Shown here: in pieces, positions 30,583-40,286 of the stretch | Numbering within the stretch: position 1 is the first letter of the stretch | Layout: each line of letters starts with the position of its first letter | From: a virus | Length of the DNA: 64,000 bases | IMG/VR virus record: IMGVR_UViG_3300043570_002098 | Direction: 5' to 3' (one strand) | Program-made: the position numbers and the translations under genes | Notes under the pieces: generated by a model | What the model was told of the DNA's origin: nothing | Databases searched by the model: none | The model's input: the letters and a program-made list of their open reading frames with translations, nothing else

Positions 30583-31427
30583 TATTTGTTATTTAAACCT
30601 ATTGATATTTGTGTGTATCCTCTTATTGGGTCGGTATCTAATTTTAATGTAACGAATTTAAAATCTTTTATAATACCAACTTTAAATGTGGTAAATGATG
30701 AATTTGATTTTGGAAATGAAATACCACCTAAGTCATCTTTACCTTGCCATCTAATAACTTCATTACCAAATCCTACCATACCATGTATTCCTATTTTACC
30801 AATTCTTTTACCACCACCAACATAGAAAGTTGATTCTTTTTTCCAATCTTCTTTACTAAGTGGAAAGTCGACATTGTTAATTTGACCATATGGATAATAG
30901 CTATTTTGGTCTATTGCGTAAGTCATTACATAATCCATAATAAAATATCCTCTCTTGTCACCAATCGTTCCCCAATAAGAAATTTGTTTATTATTTGTAT
31001 GTCCAAATCCAAAGGAGGTATAAACACGTTCTTTTCTAATAGTATCTCTTTTTCCACCTTCATATATATGAATTACACTTCTTTGTCTCCATCCGTAATC
31101 ATCATACCAAATATAAGGCATTGGTTGATACCATCCCCAGTTTCCCCAATAGTAACCAAATTGATTATTTCTATTCCAATTTTGAACACGTACTCTACCA
31201 CGTTGGTCTGGTTGTGATTGTTGAGGTTGATTATTTCTCCAACTACTTACATTATTTTGTTGTGGTACAGATGGTTGAACTCTTGTTTGAGTTGATTGTG
31301 ATGTTTGTGATGATGCTGGAACACTTCCACCAGTTTGTCTCCAAGAACTAACTTGGGAATATAACATTATTGTGCAGAATAATATTAATATTAATATTAA
31401 ACCTGTAACTAATAAAACCTTTTTCAT
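30582..31427 (-). CDS. Exported protein with probable C-terminal outer-membrane beta-barrel
   Basis: Signal peptide, Q/S-rich linker, W/Y-rich segment, then amphipathic beta strands. Confidence 0.6.
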   Translation of the reverse strand: MKKVLLVTGLILILILFCTIMLYSQVSSWRQTGGSVPASSQTSQSTQTRVQPSVPQQNNVSSWRNNQPQQSQPDQRGRVRVQNWNRNNQFGYYWGNWGWYQPMPYIWYDDYGWRQRSVIHIYEGGKRDTIRKERVYTSFGFGHTNNKQISYWGTIGDKRGYFIMDYVMTYAIDQNSYYPYGQINNVDFPLSKEDWKKESTFYVGGGKRIGKIGIHGMVGFGNEVIRWQGKDDLGGISFPKSNSSFTTFKVGIIKDFKFVTLKLDTDPIRGYTQISIGLNNK

Positions 31428-31603
31428 ACTGTTTCAGTTAAAATTGTGGTTAGTAAATAACCGGTTATTATTGGGAATGGTGAAAATATTAAAAAAAAGA
31501 ACAATAACCTCCAAACCAATGGATCAACATTTGTACGGTGACTTAAACCACTACATACACCAAAAAAAACTTTGTCGTCGTGAACTCTTTTAAACTTTTT
31601 CAT
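31424..31603 (-). CDS. pspC: PspC-domain membrane protein (59 aa, absent from the ORF track)
   Basis: MKKFKRVHDDKVFFGVCSGLSHRTNVDPLVWRLLFFFLIF...GYLL matches the PspC pattern; TATTTATA 4 nt upstream; ATGA overlap with next gene. Confidence 0.85.
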   Translation of the reverse strand: MKKFKRVHDDKVFFGVCSGLSHRTNVDPLVWRLLFFFLIFSPFPIITGYLLTTILTETV

Positions 31604-31627
31604 ATAATATAAATATTAAAAAAGGGG

Positions 31628-31861
31628 TTATAAAACCCCTTTTAAACATATTCTATCTAATTCTTCTTGCCTTAAACCTATGGTTGAATCTATTTGTCCT
31701 CCGTCGGATAAAATGTTTACTAAATAAAGACCAAATTTTTTATCACTTATCTCAATTTCTTGCCCATGTATAAACCCCATATCCATCAATTTTAATCTCA
31801 TACATGGTGTACAATTTTCACAAGGATTATTTTGTGGAACGTCCACTACTTCATATTTCAT
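31628..31861 (-). CDS. FeoA-like SH3 domain protein
   Basis: RLKLMDMGFIHGQEIEI...IGLRQEELDRI; N-terminal CxxCxxC. Confidence 0.7.
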   Translation of the reverse strand: MKYEVVDVPQNNPCENCTPCMRLKLMDMGFIHGQEIEISDKKFGLYLVNILSDGGQIDSTIGLRQEELDRICLKGVL

Positions 31862-32589
31862 TATTTCGTGAATATACCTTTTTTAATCATTCTATCAAGG
31901 ATGTTAGCACATGCAATGTCTAAAGCTTTCTTTGTTGCAATACTAATTGTTGATTGATTGAACTTAATTGGGTCAATGGTCGCATCCGATAAAAGGGTTA
32001 ACTCTCTTTTTGTTGTTGCCTCACCTAAACCTGACCCACCAAATACTACACCTGTTTCAGCATCAGTAAATCTAACCTGAAGACCTATACGAGTTACCAT
32101 ATTGTCTTTAATACCGTCTTTTAGGTTAATAGTTTCGTCTTCTGACACCGAGTAGTCATAACACTCAATCGTAACAAAATACTTCGCCAAATTGATTTTA
32201 CCACGACCGTCTAATTTATTCTCAGAAATACCCGCAGCAGACGCTTGGAATTGTTTTACCATCCTATTCTTAATTTCTGTCTTATCCTCGGTAAATTTGA
32301 ATCTATTTAAGTTTTCAAGGTATTCCATTGAAATGTTAGCAACACCCAAACCAACACGTTTTTCTTTTAACTCAGGATACATTTCATACATCTCATCAGA
32401 AATGCCTGCCTTTAATATTTGAATTGGAATTTGAGGACCGTCGTAATCCATGTAAGCACTTATGTCTCGTTTTTTTTCAAAATCTGCTTTATACTGTTCG
32501 GTTTTTGTTGATCCTATTGTTTGTCCCATTGCATTATCTGCAATTAAACAGGTTAAAATAAAAATTAAAAATATTATTAAATGTCTCAT
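31861..32589 (-). CDS. CsgG/TolB_N-fold exported protein (curli-secretion-pore-like)
   Basis: Signal peptide; LENLNRFKFTE, GKINLAKYFV, LQVRFTDAETGVV.GGSG, A.KKAL pattern. Confidence 0.65.
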   Translation of the reverse strand: MRHLIIFLIFILTCLIADNAMGQTIGSTKTEQYKADFEKKRDISAYMDYDGPQIPIQILKAGISDEMYEMYPELKEKRVGLGVANISMEYLENLNRFKFTEDKTEIKNRMVKQFQASAAGISENKLDGRGKINLAKYFVTIECYDYSVSEDETINLKDGIKDNMVTRIGLQVRFTDAETGVVFGGSGLGEATTKRELTLLSDATIDPIKFNQSTISIATKKALDIACANILDRMIKKGIFTK

Positions 32590-32598
32590 AGTTTTATA

Positions 32599-33342
32599 TT
32601 AAGGGTTCCATTTATTTAATGCACTTATGTAGTTACTCGTCATATGATCTTTGGCAGTATTACCTGTGAATACAGCTTTAAGATATTCACCAACTCTTTG
32701 CCAATCAATCATCCATTTTTTAACTTTACCCTCACTATCAATACGTAATTCAGTATTAACGTGGTGATATCCAATATTTGGGGCACGAGTAACAACATCT
32801 AAATTATTAACAATCCTTAATGATTCAATTGATGATTTATCAAAGTTCTGTTTGAATACTTTATTACCAACTCTTGGACTACCGATAGTACAACATATAA
32901 TTTTATTTGATTTATAAATTGAATAAATCTCATATGCACATAAGGTAGAAACTGCAGCTCCCAAACTGTGACCGCAAACAATAATATTATCAACTTCACC
33001 CTCCCCACCTAATGTGGATAATGCTTTTTCAAATGATTTATAAGTTTCGTCTTTAACAGCGTCCCAAGATGATTTAAATCCAATGTGAACTTTTTCACCA
33101 TCTTGAACAAATGGAACTTTATCAATTGATGCGTCGTTTTGGAAATCCTTTTTAGAAGAACTTCCTCTCCAAACGATATAGATAGATTTATCCTTTGTGG
33201 CAACAAATCCTTGTGTATCTGTTTTTTTATCGTCAATCCATTTAATTAATTTTAATCTTTGTGCTTTAAAATCAATGTCTTTTTGTTCTGAATATACTTT
33301 CTCGGTTAAACCGACATTGTATAGTATTTCGTTTTTTGTCAT
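32599..33342 (-). CDS. Class 3 lipase
   Basis: VWRGS, VHIGF, GHSLGAA, GSPRVGN, DVV..P, H motifs. Confidence 0.92.
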   Translation of the reverse strand: MTKNEILYNVGLTEKVYSEQKDIDFKAQRLKLIKWIDDKKTDTQGFVATKDKSIYIVWRGSSSKKDFQNDASIDKVPFVQDGEKVHIGFKSSWDAVKDETYKSFEKALSTLGGEGEVDNIIVCGHSLGAAVSTLCAYEIYSIYKSNKIICCTIGSPRVGNKVFKQNFDKSSIESLRIVNNLDVVTRAPNIGYHHVNTELRIDSEGKVKKWMIDWQRVGEYLKAVFTGNTAKDHMTSNYISALNKWNP

Positions 33343-33366
33343 TGTGTATTTGTTTTTGTTATAATA

Positions 33367-33603
33367 TTACTGTCTTGCTGGCCATATACCACGAGTGGCT
33401 ATTATGTATTTCATACCATCCATAGGTGGTTCCATTTTAGGTACCGCAAATAAATTTGGTGTTGCTCCGTATCTATCTTGCAGTAATACATATAACGCCT
33501 CATTTTCCCTTATGTTTAATAATTGTCCGTTGCATTCTACATATCCTTGAGGAGCGTAGCCTCCTGCAAATAATTTAATTGCCCCAATTAATTCTTCTTC
33601 CAT
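33367..33603 (-). CDS. Stand-alone tail-collar-domain protein
   Basis: IGAIKLFAGGYAPQGYVECNGQLL...LY.LL..RYG. Confidence 0.8.
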   Translation of the reverse strand: MEEELIGAIKLFAGGYAPQGYVECNGQLLNIRENEALYVLLQDRYGATPNLFAVPKMEPPMDGMKYIIATRGIWPARQ

Positions 33604-33606
33604 AGT

Positions 33607-34680
33607 TTATTGTGTTTTTGTTTTAGATTGATCACCCTTCTTTAAAAATATATCAAATATTGTTTTAGGACTGTATTCTACAAGTAATATTAAACCCTTC
33701 CTCAACGTAGAGTTTTTTACAACGTGATTTAAAATATCTTTAATAACCTCTTTAATGGCGAAATTTTTAGTGTCAAAATATGTTCCATCAAAATATCTTG
33801 GACTTGTTCCCTCACCACCTGGTGAACCGTGATGAGCACCTATAGAGGTACGCCAATAATCAGCATGATTTTGCCATTCAGGAACTGAAACCAATTCAGG
33901 TGAATCAAAAAATAAATTCCACGATAATACATTACCCTTTTGTAACATATTACCAGTACCTAAGTTAAAAAGATTTAAAAAGTATTGATTAAACTTATCT
34001 AATTTGTGATCACTTGTTGTTACCATTCCTCCTATTTCTACATTGATATGTCCTGTACTATATGCTTCTTCCTTTATTGCAAATTCAGGATTTTTAAATC
34101 TTGGTGATAAACCCTTTCCGAGTTGAAATATAGGTTCTTTAGGATTTCCTGGTAGATGTGTTAAAACACGAATAGCATTTTCTTTGTTGATAGGATACTT
34201 ACGAGAACTGTATTTTAATAATGGCCAAATTGCTCTTAATAGACCACCTTGATTTTCACCTGGTGTTAACCAAATTTTTCCCTCAACCATCATATCCGCA
34301 GCAATTTCCTTTGTGTCTTCATTAACCCATCCTCTTTGTCCCGTAACTGTTACTTCCACATTGATACAAATCTCATCTCCAATCCACATCCCTTGTTGAG
34401 GACAGATTATGGAATAAATTCTACCTTCATTGGTATATCCTATTCTTGAAATATAAGGAGCAAATTGTACATAACAACGTTTTGGGTCTTTTTCCCCATT
34501 TAGGGTATTCCAACTAAACATTGGCCATTTAACACCCCATTGTCTTTGTAGTAAATTAATGTTATCCATATTACCCAACATAGGTAATGAGGTTAAATCT
34601 GTGGTAGGATATAGCATTTTCTTTTGTTTTTCAGATGGAAAACCACCTTGCCATCCCGTAGGAATTTGTTCGTTTGTCAT
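33607..34680 (-). CDS. Hypothetical protein
   Basis: 357 aa ORF after TATTTATA (34691-34698). Confidence 0.7.
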   Translation of the reverse strand: MTNEQIPTGWQGGFPSEKQKKMLYPTTDLTSLPMLGNMDNINLLQRQWGVKWPMFSWNTLNGEKDPKRCYVQFAPYISRIGYTNEGRIYSIICPQQGMWIGDEICINVEVTVTGQRGWVNEDTKEIAADMMVEGKIWLTPGENQGGLLRAIWPLLKYSSRKYPINKENAIRVLTHLPGNPKEPIFQLGKGLSPRFKNPEFAIKEEAYSTGHINVEIGGMVTTSDHKLDKFNQYFLNLFNLGTGNMLQKGNVLSWNLFFDSPELVSVPEWQNHADYWRTSIGAHHGSPGGEGTSPRYFDGTYFDTKNFAIKEVIKDILNHVVKNSTLRKGLILLVEYSPKTIFDIFLKKGDQSKTKTQ

Positions 34681-34731
34681 ATTCTTTTAATATAAATACA
34701 CAAAAAAGGGAGTTTTTAACTCCCTTTTATA

Positions 34732-34980
34732 CTAACCTTCTGTTTCTTCTTTCTTTTTGTGAGAGAATTTATCCAAAGTATCTGCACCCATTCCAATTCC
34801 CGTGATTAACATCACCGCATTCACCAATTCAGGTGATGGAGCGAAATCCGCGTGAGAGAACGAATTTAAAATCATCGTAATACATAGGAATAAAGCACCT
34901 ATCATTGCTATTACCGGCTTTACCGATATTGATCCTCTTTCATCTTTGAAAATTTCAATAACCCATTGTTTAAAATTCAT
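34732..34980 (-). CDS. Small 2-TM membrane protein (holin-like)
   Basis: Two hydrophobic helices, charged C-terminus. Confidence 0.55.
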   Translation of the reverse strand: MNFKQWVIEIFKDERGSISVKPVIAMIGALFLCITMILNSFSHADFAPSPELVNAVMLITGIGMGADTLDKFSHKKKEETEG

Positions 34981-35009
34981 AGTTTTTTATTTTTTGTCTT
35001 TTGTTTATT

Positions 35010-35678
35010 TTATCCTTCCGTATGCATTTCTGCATTTTCATCTTTAATTTTACCACATTTTAAACACTCCTCAATGCCATCACCATCCAAGTCACCCCAA
35101 ACGTGTTCACATTGTCTATGTGCGAAATACATATCTATTTTACCGTCACCATCAAAATCAATACCATCTATTGTACCATCACCATCTTCATCAACCTCAA
35201 CACCTGTTCTTGGTTGTGATTTGAAAGGACTTTCAACAACTTGAGGATTATTTGGTTCTGATTTTACCTCTACTTTGTTTGCCTCAATTAAGTTGATTTC
35301 ATGTGCGTTCTTTGCGGCTTGCACAAATGCATCTGGAATCAATGGAGTGTTATTTGGTGGAGTTACAGGCATATCAGCAGTATTACTCATTGACGTACCA
35401 TCTTCTTCGTCCATTTTCTGAACTAACATCTTATCCTTATCAGTATCACTAAACCAATAGTCAATGATTTTACCATAACTACCGATAAACGCTCCTAATA
35501 ATAATAAAAGAAGTTCTTTCCATTCTCCTTCAATCGTAGATTTATTTAATATACCAAAGAACATTCCTCCAATAATAATCATAAATCCACCTAACACTAT
35601 CGCAGTGATATACCACCTGCGTTTCATCATATTTGCTAATAAATCCTTAAATCCGCTTGGCGGTTGTTCATTACTCAT
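35010..35678 (-). CDS. 2-TM membrane protein with DxDGDG Ca-binding repeats
   Basis: Two TMs, IIDYWF, DEDGDG/DFDGDG/DLDGDG and CEH..CLKC. Confidence 0.7.
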   Translation of the reverse strand: MSNEQPPSGFKDLLANMMKRRWYITAIVLGGFMIIIGGMFFGILNKSTIEGEWKELLLLLLGAFIGSYGKIIDYWFSDTDKDKMLVQKMDEEDGTSMSNTADMPVTPPNNTPLIPDAFVQAAKNAHEINLIEANKVEVKSEPNNPQVVESPFKSQPRTGVEVDEDGDGTIDGIDFDGDGKIDMYFAHRQCEHVWGDLDGDGIEECLKCGKIKDENAEMHTEG

Positions 35679-35695
35679 CTTTTTTTAATTTAAAA

Positions 35696-36010
35696 TTACC
35701 ATTTAGGTGCTTCTTCTTTAAACTCATCACCTTCTTTTTTCTTAGGTTTTGGTGCTGGCGCCGGTTTAGCACTACCGTCTCCACCTTTATTGATGATTAC
35801 AGTTTTACCACCACCCGATTGTTGAGTTTGTGAATTGGTAATGTTGATTACAGGTGCCGCTTGTTGAACGGGAGCCTCTTTTTCGTCACCACCTGTTAAT
35901 TTTGTTGTAAACCAACCACCCACACCTAATGTGATGGTGCTTACTAAACCGATAATGATGTTCTTAATTGAACCACCTGTACTTTCTGATTTTTCTTGTT
36001 CTTCTGCCAT
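35696..36010 (-). CDS. Single-TM protein
   Basis: One TM followed by low-complexity tail. Confidence 0.65.
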   Translation of the reverse strand: MAEEQEKSESTGGSIKNIIIGLVSTITLGVGGWFTTKLTGGDEKEAPVQQAAPVINITNSQTQQSGGGKTVIINKGGDGSAKPAPAPKPKKKEGDEFKEEAPKW

Positions 36011-36042
36011 AATTTTGTGTTTTTTGTCTTTATATAATTATC

Positions 36043-36411
36043 TTAAATTTTATTAAAATCTGTAATTCCTAACATATTACCCGCAACATCGTATAATGCA
36101 ATCCTATACGCTGAAGATGGTAAAGCGGATGTATACACCCTTAAAATGTTATCACCAACCTTAACCTCACTTGTTGATTTTGATACCACTCTATTGGAAA
36201 TATCAAAAATCTTAACGGTTACAGTTTGAGCAACATCACTTTTTATGTTCATTGCAACTTCATTTGTTATAAATGAAGTTTCTAATTTTAATCCCACTGA
36301 ACTTGAGATTTTAAGGTTGTCACTAATCACTTGTGGTTGCATTGGTATGTCTACTTTTCTACATCCAACAAGTAAGATTAATCCAAAGAGTACGAGAGAT
36401 ACTTTTTTCAT
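36043..36411 (-). CDS. Lipoprotein consisting of a T9SS C-terminal-domain-like fold
   Basis: Lipobox LVGC-RK; VTVKIFDISNRVV...SALPSSAYRIAL resembles a type A CTD. Confidence 0.6.
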   Translation of the reverse strand: MKKVSLVLFGLILLVGCRKVDIPMQPQVISDNLKISSSVGLKLETSFITNEVAMNIKSDVAQTVTVKIFDISNRVVSKSTSEVKVGDNILRVYTSALPSSAYRIALYDVAGNMLGITDFNKI

Positions 36412-36423
36412 TTTTTGTCTTGT

Positions 36424-36777
36424 TTAATTTATAATTATTCTTGTTTTACCTATTTGATTATTATTTTGATCCTTTAACACGACACTTAGGTTTTTTGTCG
36501 GTAAAGTATTAGTAAATATTTTAAGAGAGTTTAATCCTACTTTACCAGTAAACCTTTCCCTTGATACTACTTGGTTTTGAACCGTATCAATCATTGTTAA
36601 AGTATATACTCCTCCTGTAGTTAAATTAATATTAATAACATCCCCGTTTTTTACCTTATTTTCAGATAAGGAGAAAAATTCCACATTTGTCGGTGACACA
36701 GGTGTAAACGGAACCATTTTTTTGCACGATATTATAAAAACCATACAACACAATAATATAATTTTGATACGTTTCAT
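36424..36777 (-). CDS. Lipoprotein, paralogous CTD-like Ig fold
   Basis: Lipobox IISC-KK; YTLTMID..NQVV...NTLPTKNLSVVL. Confidence 0.55.
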   Translation of the reverse strand: MKRIKIILLCCMVFIISCKKMVPFTPVSPTNVEFFSLSENKVKNGDVININLTTGGVYTLTMIDTVQNQVVSRERFTGKVGLNSLKIFTNTLPTKNLSVVLKDQNNNQIGKTRIIIN

Positions 36778-36780
36778 ATT

Positions 36781-37674
36781 TTAAAATTGAAAGTTTGTTC
36801 CTATCATAAATAGAATTGGATTACTCTTTTTATACCCAACCGATTCACTTAATTTATTCCAAGTTGTGTTATATCTAACATTAGTATTCAATACAAATTT
36901 TTTAGTTATTTTCCAATCAATAGATGTACCATAATATAAGTCCAAATTGAAATCATCTACATATGCTAAATCCGATTCAGTCCCATCTTTGAATACTTTG
37001 TAGATATCACTCATTGCAAATATTTGTGGTGAGATGTTTACTCTCTTTGTTTTGAATGTATACGTATACATTGCCATACCTCTATAACTAATTTGACTTG
37101 ATGATGGCATTTGTGGATATATTAAATCTTTAAAATCACCATTTTCATCTACTATATATTTTCCTTCCCATTGACCTTGATAACTTCCCCAAAACGATTT
37201 TGACGCAATCACACTATAACCAAATGTTCCAAACTTTTTAGTTCTGAATACATCAATGAATGATAGAGAAATATCTTTTTGAAAATCAAAATCGGTTGAA
37301 TAGAATGATTGTAATGTAGTAGTTCTTGTATTCGTATTTCTACTGAAACCATAACCCACACCATAGTAGTTCCATATTGGATTTATTGATGATGCGAATG
37401 AGTGACCCCATTTACCATTTTTAGATGATTTACTATATCCTAAATTTAAGGTAGTAGATACTTGTTTTCCAATTACACCTACTGATAAATTTGAGGATGA
37501 AAGAACATCTTTTGAAAAATCAATATATGACTCTAATATACCTAAATTATTCCAATCACCACTTTCTCCAAATAATTCTTTTGGTGATAGTTGTAAGGTA
37601 TCTGGTTTTACAATTTGTGCGTTTGTAACAAATGTTGTCAAAATTAGTGACAGAATTAATAATAGTTTTTTCAT
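36781..37674 (-). CDS. Outer-membrane beta-barrel protein
   Basis: Signal peptide; alternating beta strands; terminal IGTNFQF BAM-type signal. Confidence 0.7.
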   Translation of the reverse strand: MKKLLLILSLILTTFVTNAQIVKPDTLQLSPKELFGESGDWNNLGILESYIDFSKDVLSSSNLSVGVIGKQVSTTLNLGYSKSSKNGKWGHSFASSINPIWNYYGVGYGFSRNTNTRTTTLQSFYSTDFDFQKDISLSFIDVFRTKKFGTFGYSVIASKSFWGSYQGQWEGKYIVDENGDFKDLIYPQMPSSSQISYRGMAMYTYTFKTKRVNISPQIFAMSDIYKVFKDGTESDLAYVDDFNLDLYYGTSIDWKITKKFVLNTNVRYNTTWNKLSESVGYKKSNPILFMIGTNFQF

Positions 37675-40283
37675 TAATTTATTTTTATTTTTAATGATTT
37701 TCCATCTTTATTAACTGCGTCCGTTGAACCTATTGAAATTAAACCCAATATGTTATCCAATTTTGTGTTTGACGAAAATGAAATCTTATATGTTGTTGTC
37801 TTATCTAAACTTGTACTACCATCACTTACCAAAGAACCTAAATTAATGTAATTACCCTTGTTGGTTGCATAGTTGGTAGGTGAACCTTTTGTGGTAAATT
37901 GTATTCCTTTAAAATTTAAGACCGAATTATCGTAGTTTAATTGAAATTGAGTTCCTACCACGTTTTGTTGTAATGGGTCAAATGTGATGTAAGCATAAAC
38001 ACTATCACCAATTACTTCGGTCATAATAGATGCGTTGATGTCAGTTGATATTGGTGTACTCATTGATGTTCTAACTGTCATCGTTGTGATATTATTTGAT
38101 GGAGGAGTTGCCGAATGTGATAAGTTTACATCACCTTTCCAACTAACAGCCAAATCGTAGTTATAACTTATTACATTATCTAATAAACTAAAATTATAAG
38201 TTTTTCCTGCAAAATTTTGAAAAGAACTCCAAGTTGACTTACCAATTTTATTATAAATTGAATCAGGTATCAAACGTATTGTATTATCCAAAGTATAATT
38301 ACTAACTAAGTTTTGTACACCCGTTAAATTTTGTAATAATTTGAAACAATCCGCTTCATTAAATAAACCATCATCATTTACATCTGCGTTTTTATATTGA
38401 ATTCCGTAAGTAAACTCATTACCACTTTGATTTCCAAATATACCACCATTTGCCAATTCCTTAAATGCCAAATACACATCTGATACTGTTACGATACTAT
38501 TATACAAAGTTTTTAATTGTGTACTATCATATTCTTGTAATTCCATTTTGTGTTGTTTGAACGCACCTTGTTGGGTAAGTCCAATACCACATGCAAATGC
38601 ATAGTCGGTATTTGAACCATTCATATTTCTAATATATTGATTATATGCAGAAGTTCCATCGGTTACTTTTGTTAATGGAGATGGAACAGTATATTGTGCC
38701 CAACCATTATTGTCATGTGATGTATATGTAACAGGCCCATCATACGCATCTAATATTTTTACATTTGATATTTTCGTTGGGTCTATACTTCCAACTTGTC
38801 TCATATCAATTAACAATCTACTATTACCATTTAACCAACTTGCATTTGGATTTGTATAAGACCACTCTACCCCACCCGGAGATATAGTTGCTTTGTATGA
38901 TGCAGGTGCCGATACGAATTGGTAACTTAATCCCCATCCACCATAACCCGATGTTGATACTCCATTACGAGTTGAACCAACATATTCACTTAACCCCTGT
39001 ACTACTTTAATATAAACTTCTTTTGTTTGTCCGTCTGATATTACACCAGCATGTACCGCTGCGGCTGGAATATATGAATCACTTGTATAGATATCGGTTC
39101 CCCATATTGCTCCACCTGTTGTACCTGTTATTGTTATTCTATATATCTTACCAATATCCGATTCATTAAATTGTTGCATATCGGATGTTCCTGCTGTTAA
39201 TGGAATACCAGTTGTATAAATCTTTGAAGTATCTATTTGATTTGAAAGAAATACTTTACCCAAACCACTCAATGATTTATAACCATCCGCCGCTGCCCAA
39301 TTTGAATATGTGTCGTTTCTTTTGAATATCTGTGCTAAGAATTTTGTTTTATCTATTGAAGTATTAAACTTAAATCCAAATAATGCTTTTATAGTTTCTC
39401 CGTTTGAATGTGTTACTGAATTGGTATAGAACTCCGTAAATGTTGCATCATCGGGATTAGACCAAGTTCCATATTCAATTACATATGGGTTACTCCAATT
39501 GTTTGATAAGTCATTCCATTGATTACCATTCCATTTTGTTACTGCATAATCCTCACTATGATTATATCCGTTTGGTTCACCATTTGCCCAATTATTATAC
39601 ACACCTGGTCGGTTTCCGGCAGTTGGTCCGTTGGATGTTTTCATCACAGTCCCCTTTTCAGGACCCGCATCAATTACCCAAGTTCCATCTATAACTTCAT
39701 CTGTTGCTGCAAACCATATATTTGATTGTGGTACATTAGCTTGAATAAATAAATCTTCCGATGATGATGTTAGTGTTAATAGATAACCCGTCTGTCCTTT
39801 GAATGTTGTTGTTAACGCAATTGCTCTTGCGTTTGTATAAGTTGTACCGGTTGTTACGGGTTTGTAAAAGTGACCATTTACTCCATTGAAATAATATCCT
39901 GGTTGATTAACAGTTGCGGCCACTGAAATATTAATATCACCAATTACTGTTCCTGTGTTTATTTTTAGAGACGCTAACGCAGTATTAATACTTGCCATTG
40001 TTCCAGTTACCACTAAACGAGTTTTATTACCACTTAAAGTAAATCCACTTGCTGCCGTTAAACCCGTTGTTGTGTTTAATACGAATGTTGTACCTGATGG
40101 TGGATTGACTAAACTTATAGAAGCAAGTAAAGTAGATGTTGCACCAAATCCACTTAATGAAAATCCACTAGCGTCTTGTCCTGTGGTATTCACAGTAAAT
40201 GATTTAGGGTCTGGAGCCGTTACTGACTGACCAAACCCTAAAAATGATATAAATAAAAATAATACTATTAATAGTTTCTTCAT
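37674..40283 (-). CDS. Exported multidomain adhesin: C-type lectin + LCCL + dockerin-like + cohesin-like
   Basis: YNNWANGEPN...EDY...WNDL (CTL); IWGTDIYTSDS..AAAVHAG...STRNGV (LCCL); DVNDDGLFNEAD (dockerin/EF loop); GTQFQLNYDNSVLNF (cohesin-like). Confidence 0.75.
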   Translation of the reverse strand: MKKLLIVLFLFISFLGFGQSVTAPDPKSFTVNTTGQDASGFSLSGFGATSTLLASISLVNPPSGTTFVLNTTTGLTAASGFTLSGNKTRLVVTGTMASINTALASLKINTGTVIGDINISVAATVNQPGYYFNGVNGHFYKPVTTGTTYTNARAIALTTTFKGQTGYLLTLTSSSEDLFIQANVPQSNIWFAATDEVIDGTWVIDAGPEKGTVMKTSNGPTAGNRPGVYNNWANGEPNGYNHSEDYAVTKWNGNQWNDLSNNWSNPYVIEYGTWSNPDDATFTEFYTNSVTHSNGETIKALFGFKFNTSIDKTKFLAQIFKRNDTYSNWAAADGYKSLSGLGKVFLSNQIDTSKIYTTGIPLTAGTSDMQQFNESDIGKIYRITITGTTGGAIWGTDIYTSDSYIPAAAVHAGVISDGQTKEVYIKVVQGLSEYVGSTRNGVSTSGYGGWGLSYQFVSAPASYKATISPGGVEWSYTNPNASWLNGNSRLLIDMRQVGSIDPTKISNVKILDAYDGPVTYTSHDNNGWAQYTVPSPLTKVTDGTSAYNQYIRNMNGSNTDYAFACGIGLTQQGAFKQHKMELQEYDSTQLKTLYNSIVTVSDVYLAFKELANGGIFGNQSGNEFTYGIQYKNADVNDDGLFNEADCFKLLQNLTGVQNLVSNYTLDNTIRLIPDSIYNKIGKSTWSSFQNFAGKTYNFSLLDNVISYNYDLAVSWKGDVNLSHSATPPSNNITTMTVRTSMSTPISTDINASIMTEVIGDSVYAYITFDPLQQNVVGTQFQLNYDNSVLNFKGIQFTTKGSPTNYATNKGNYINLGSLVSDGSTSLDKTTTYKISFSSNTKLDNILGLISIGSTDAVNKDGKSLKIKIN

Positions 40284-40286
40284 AAA

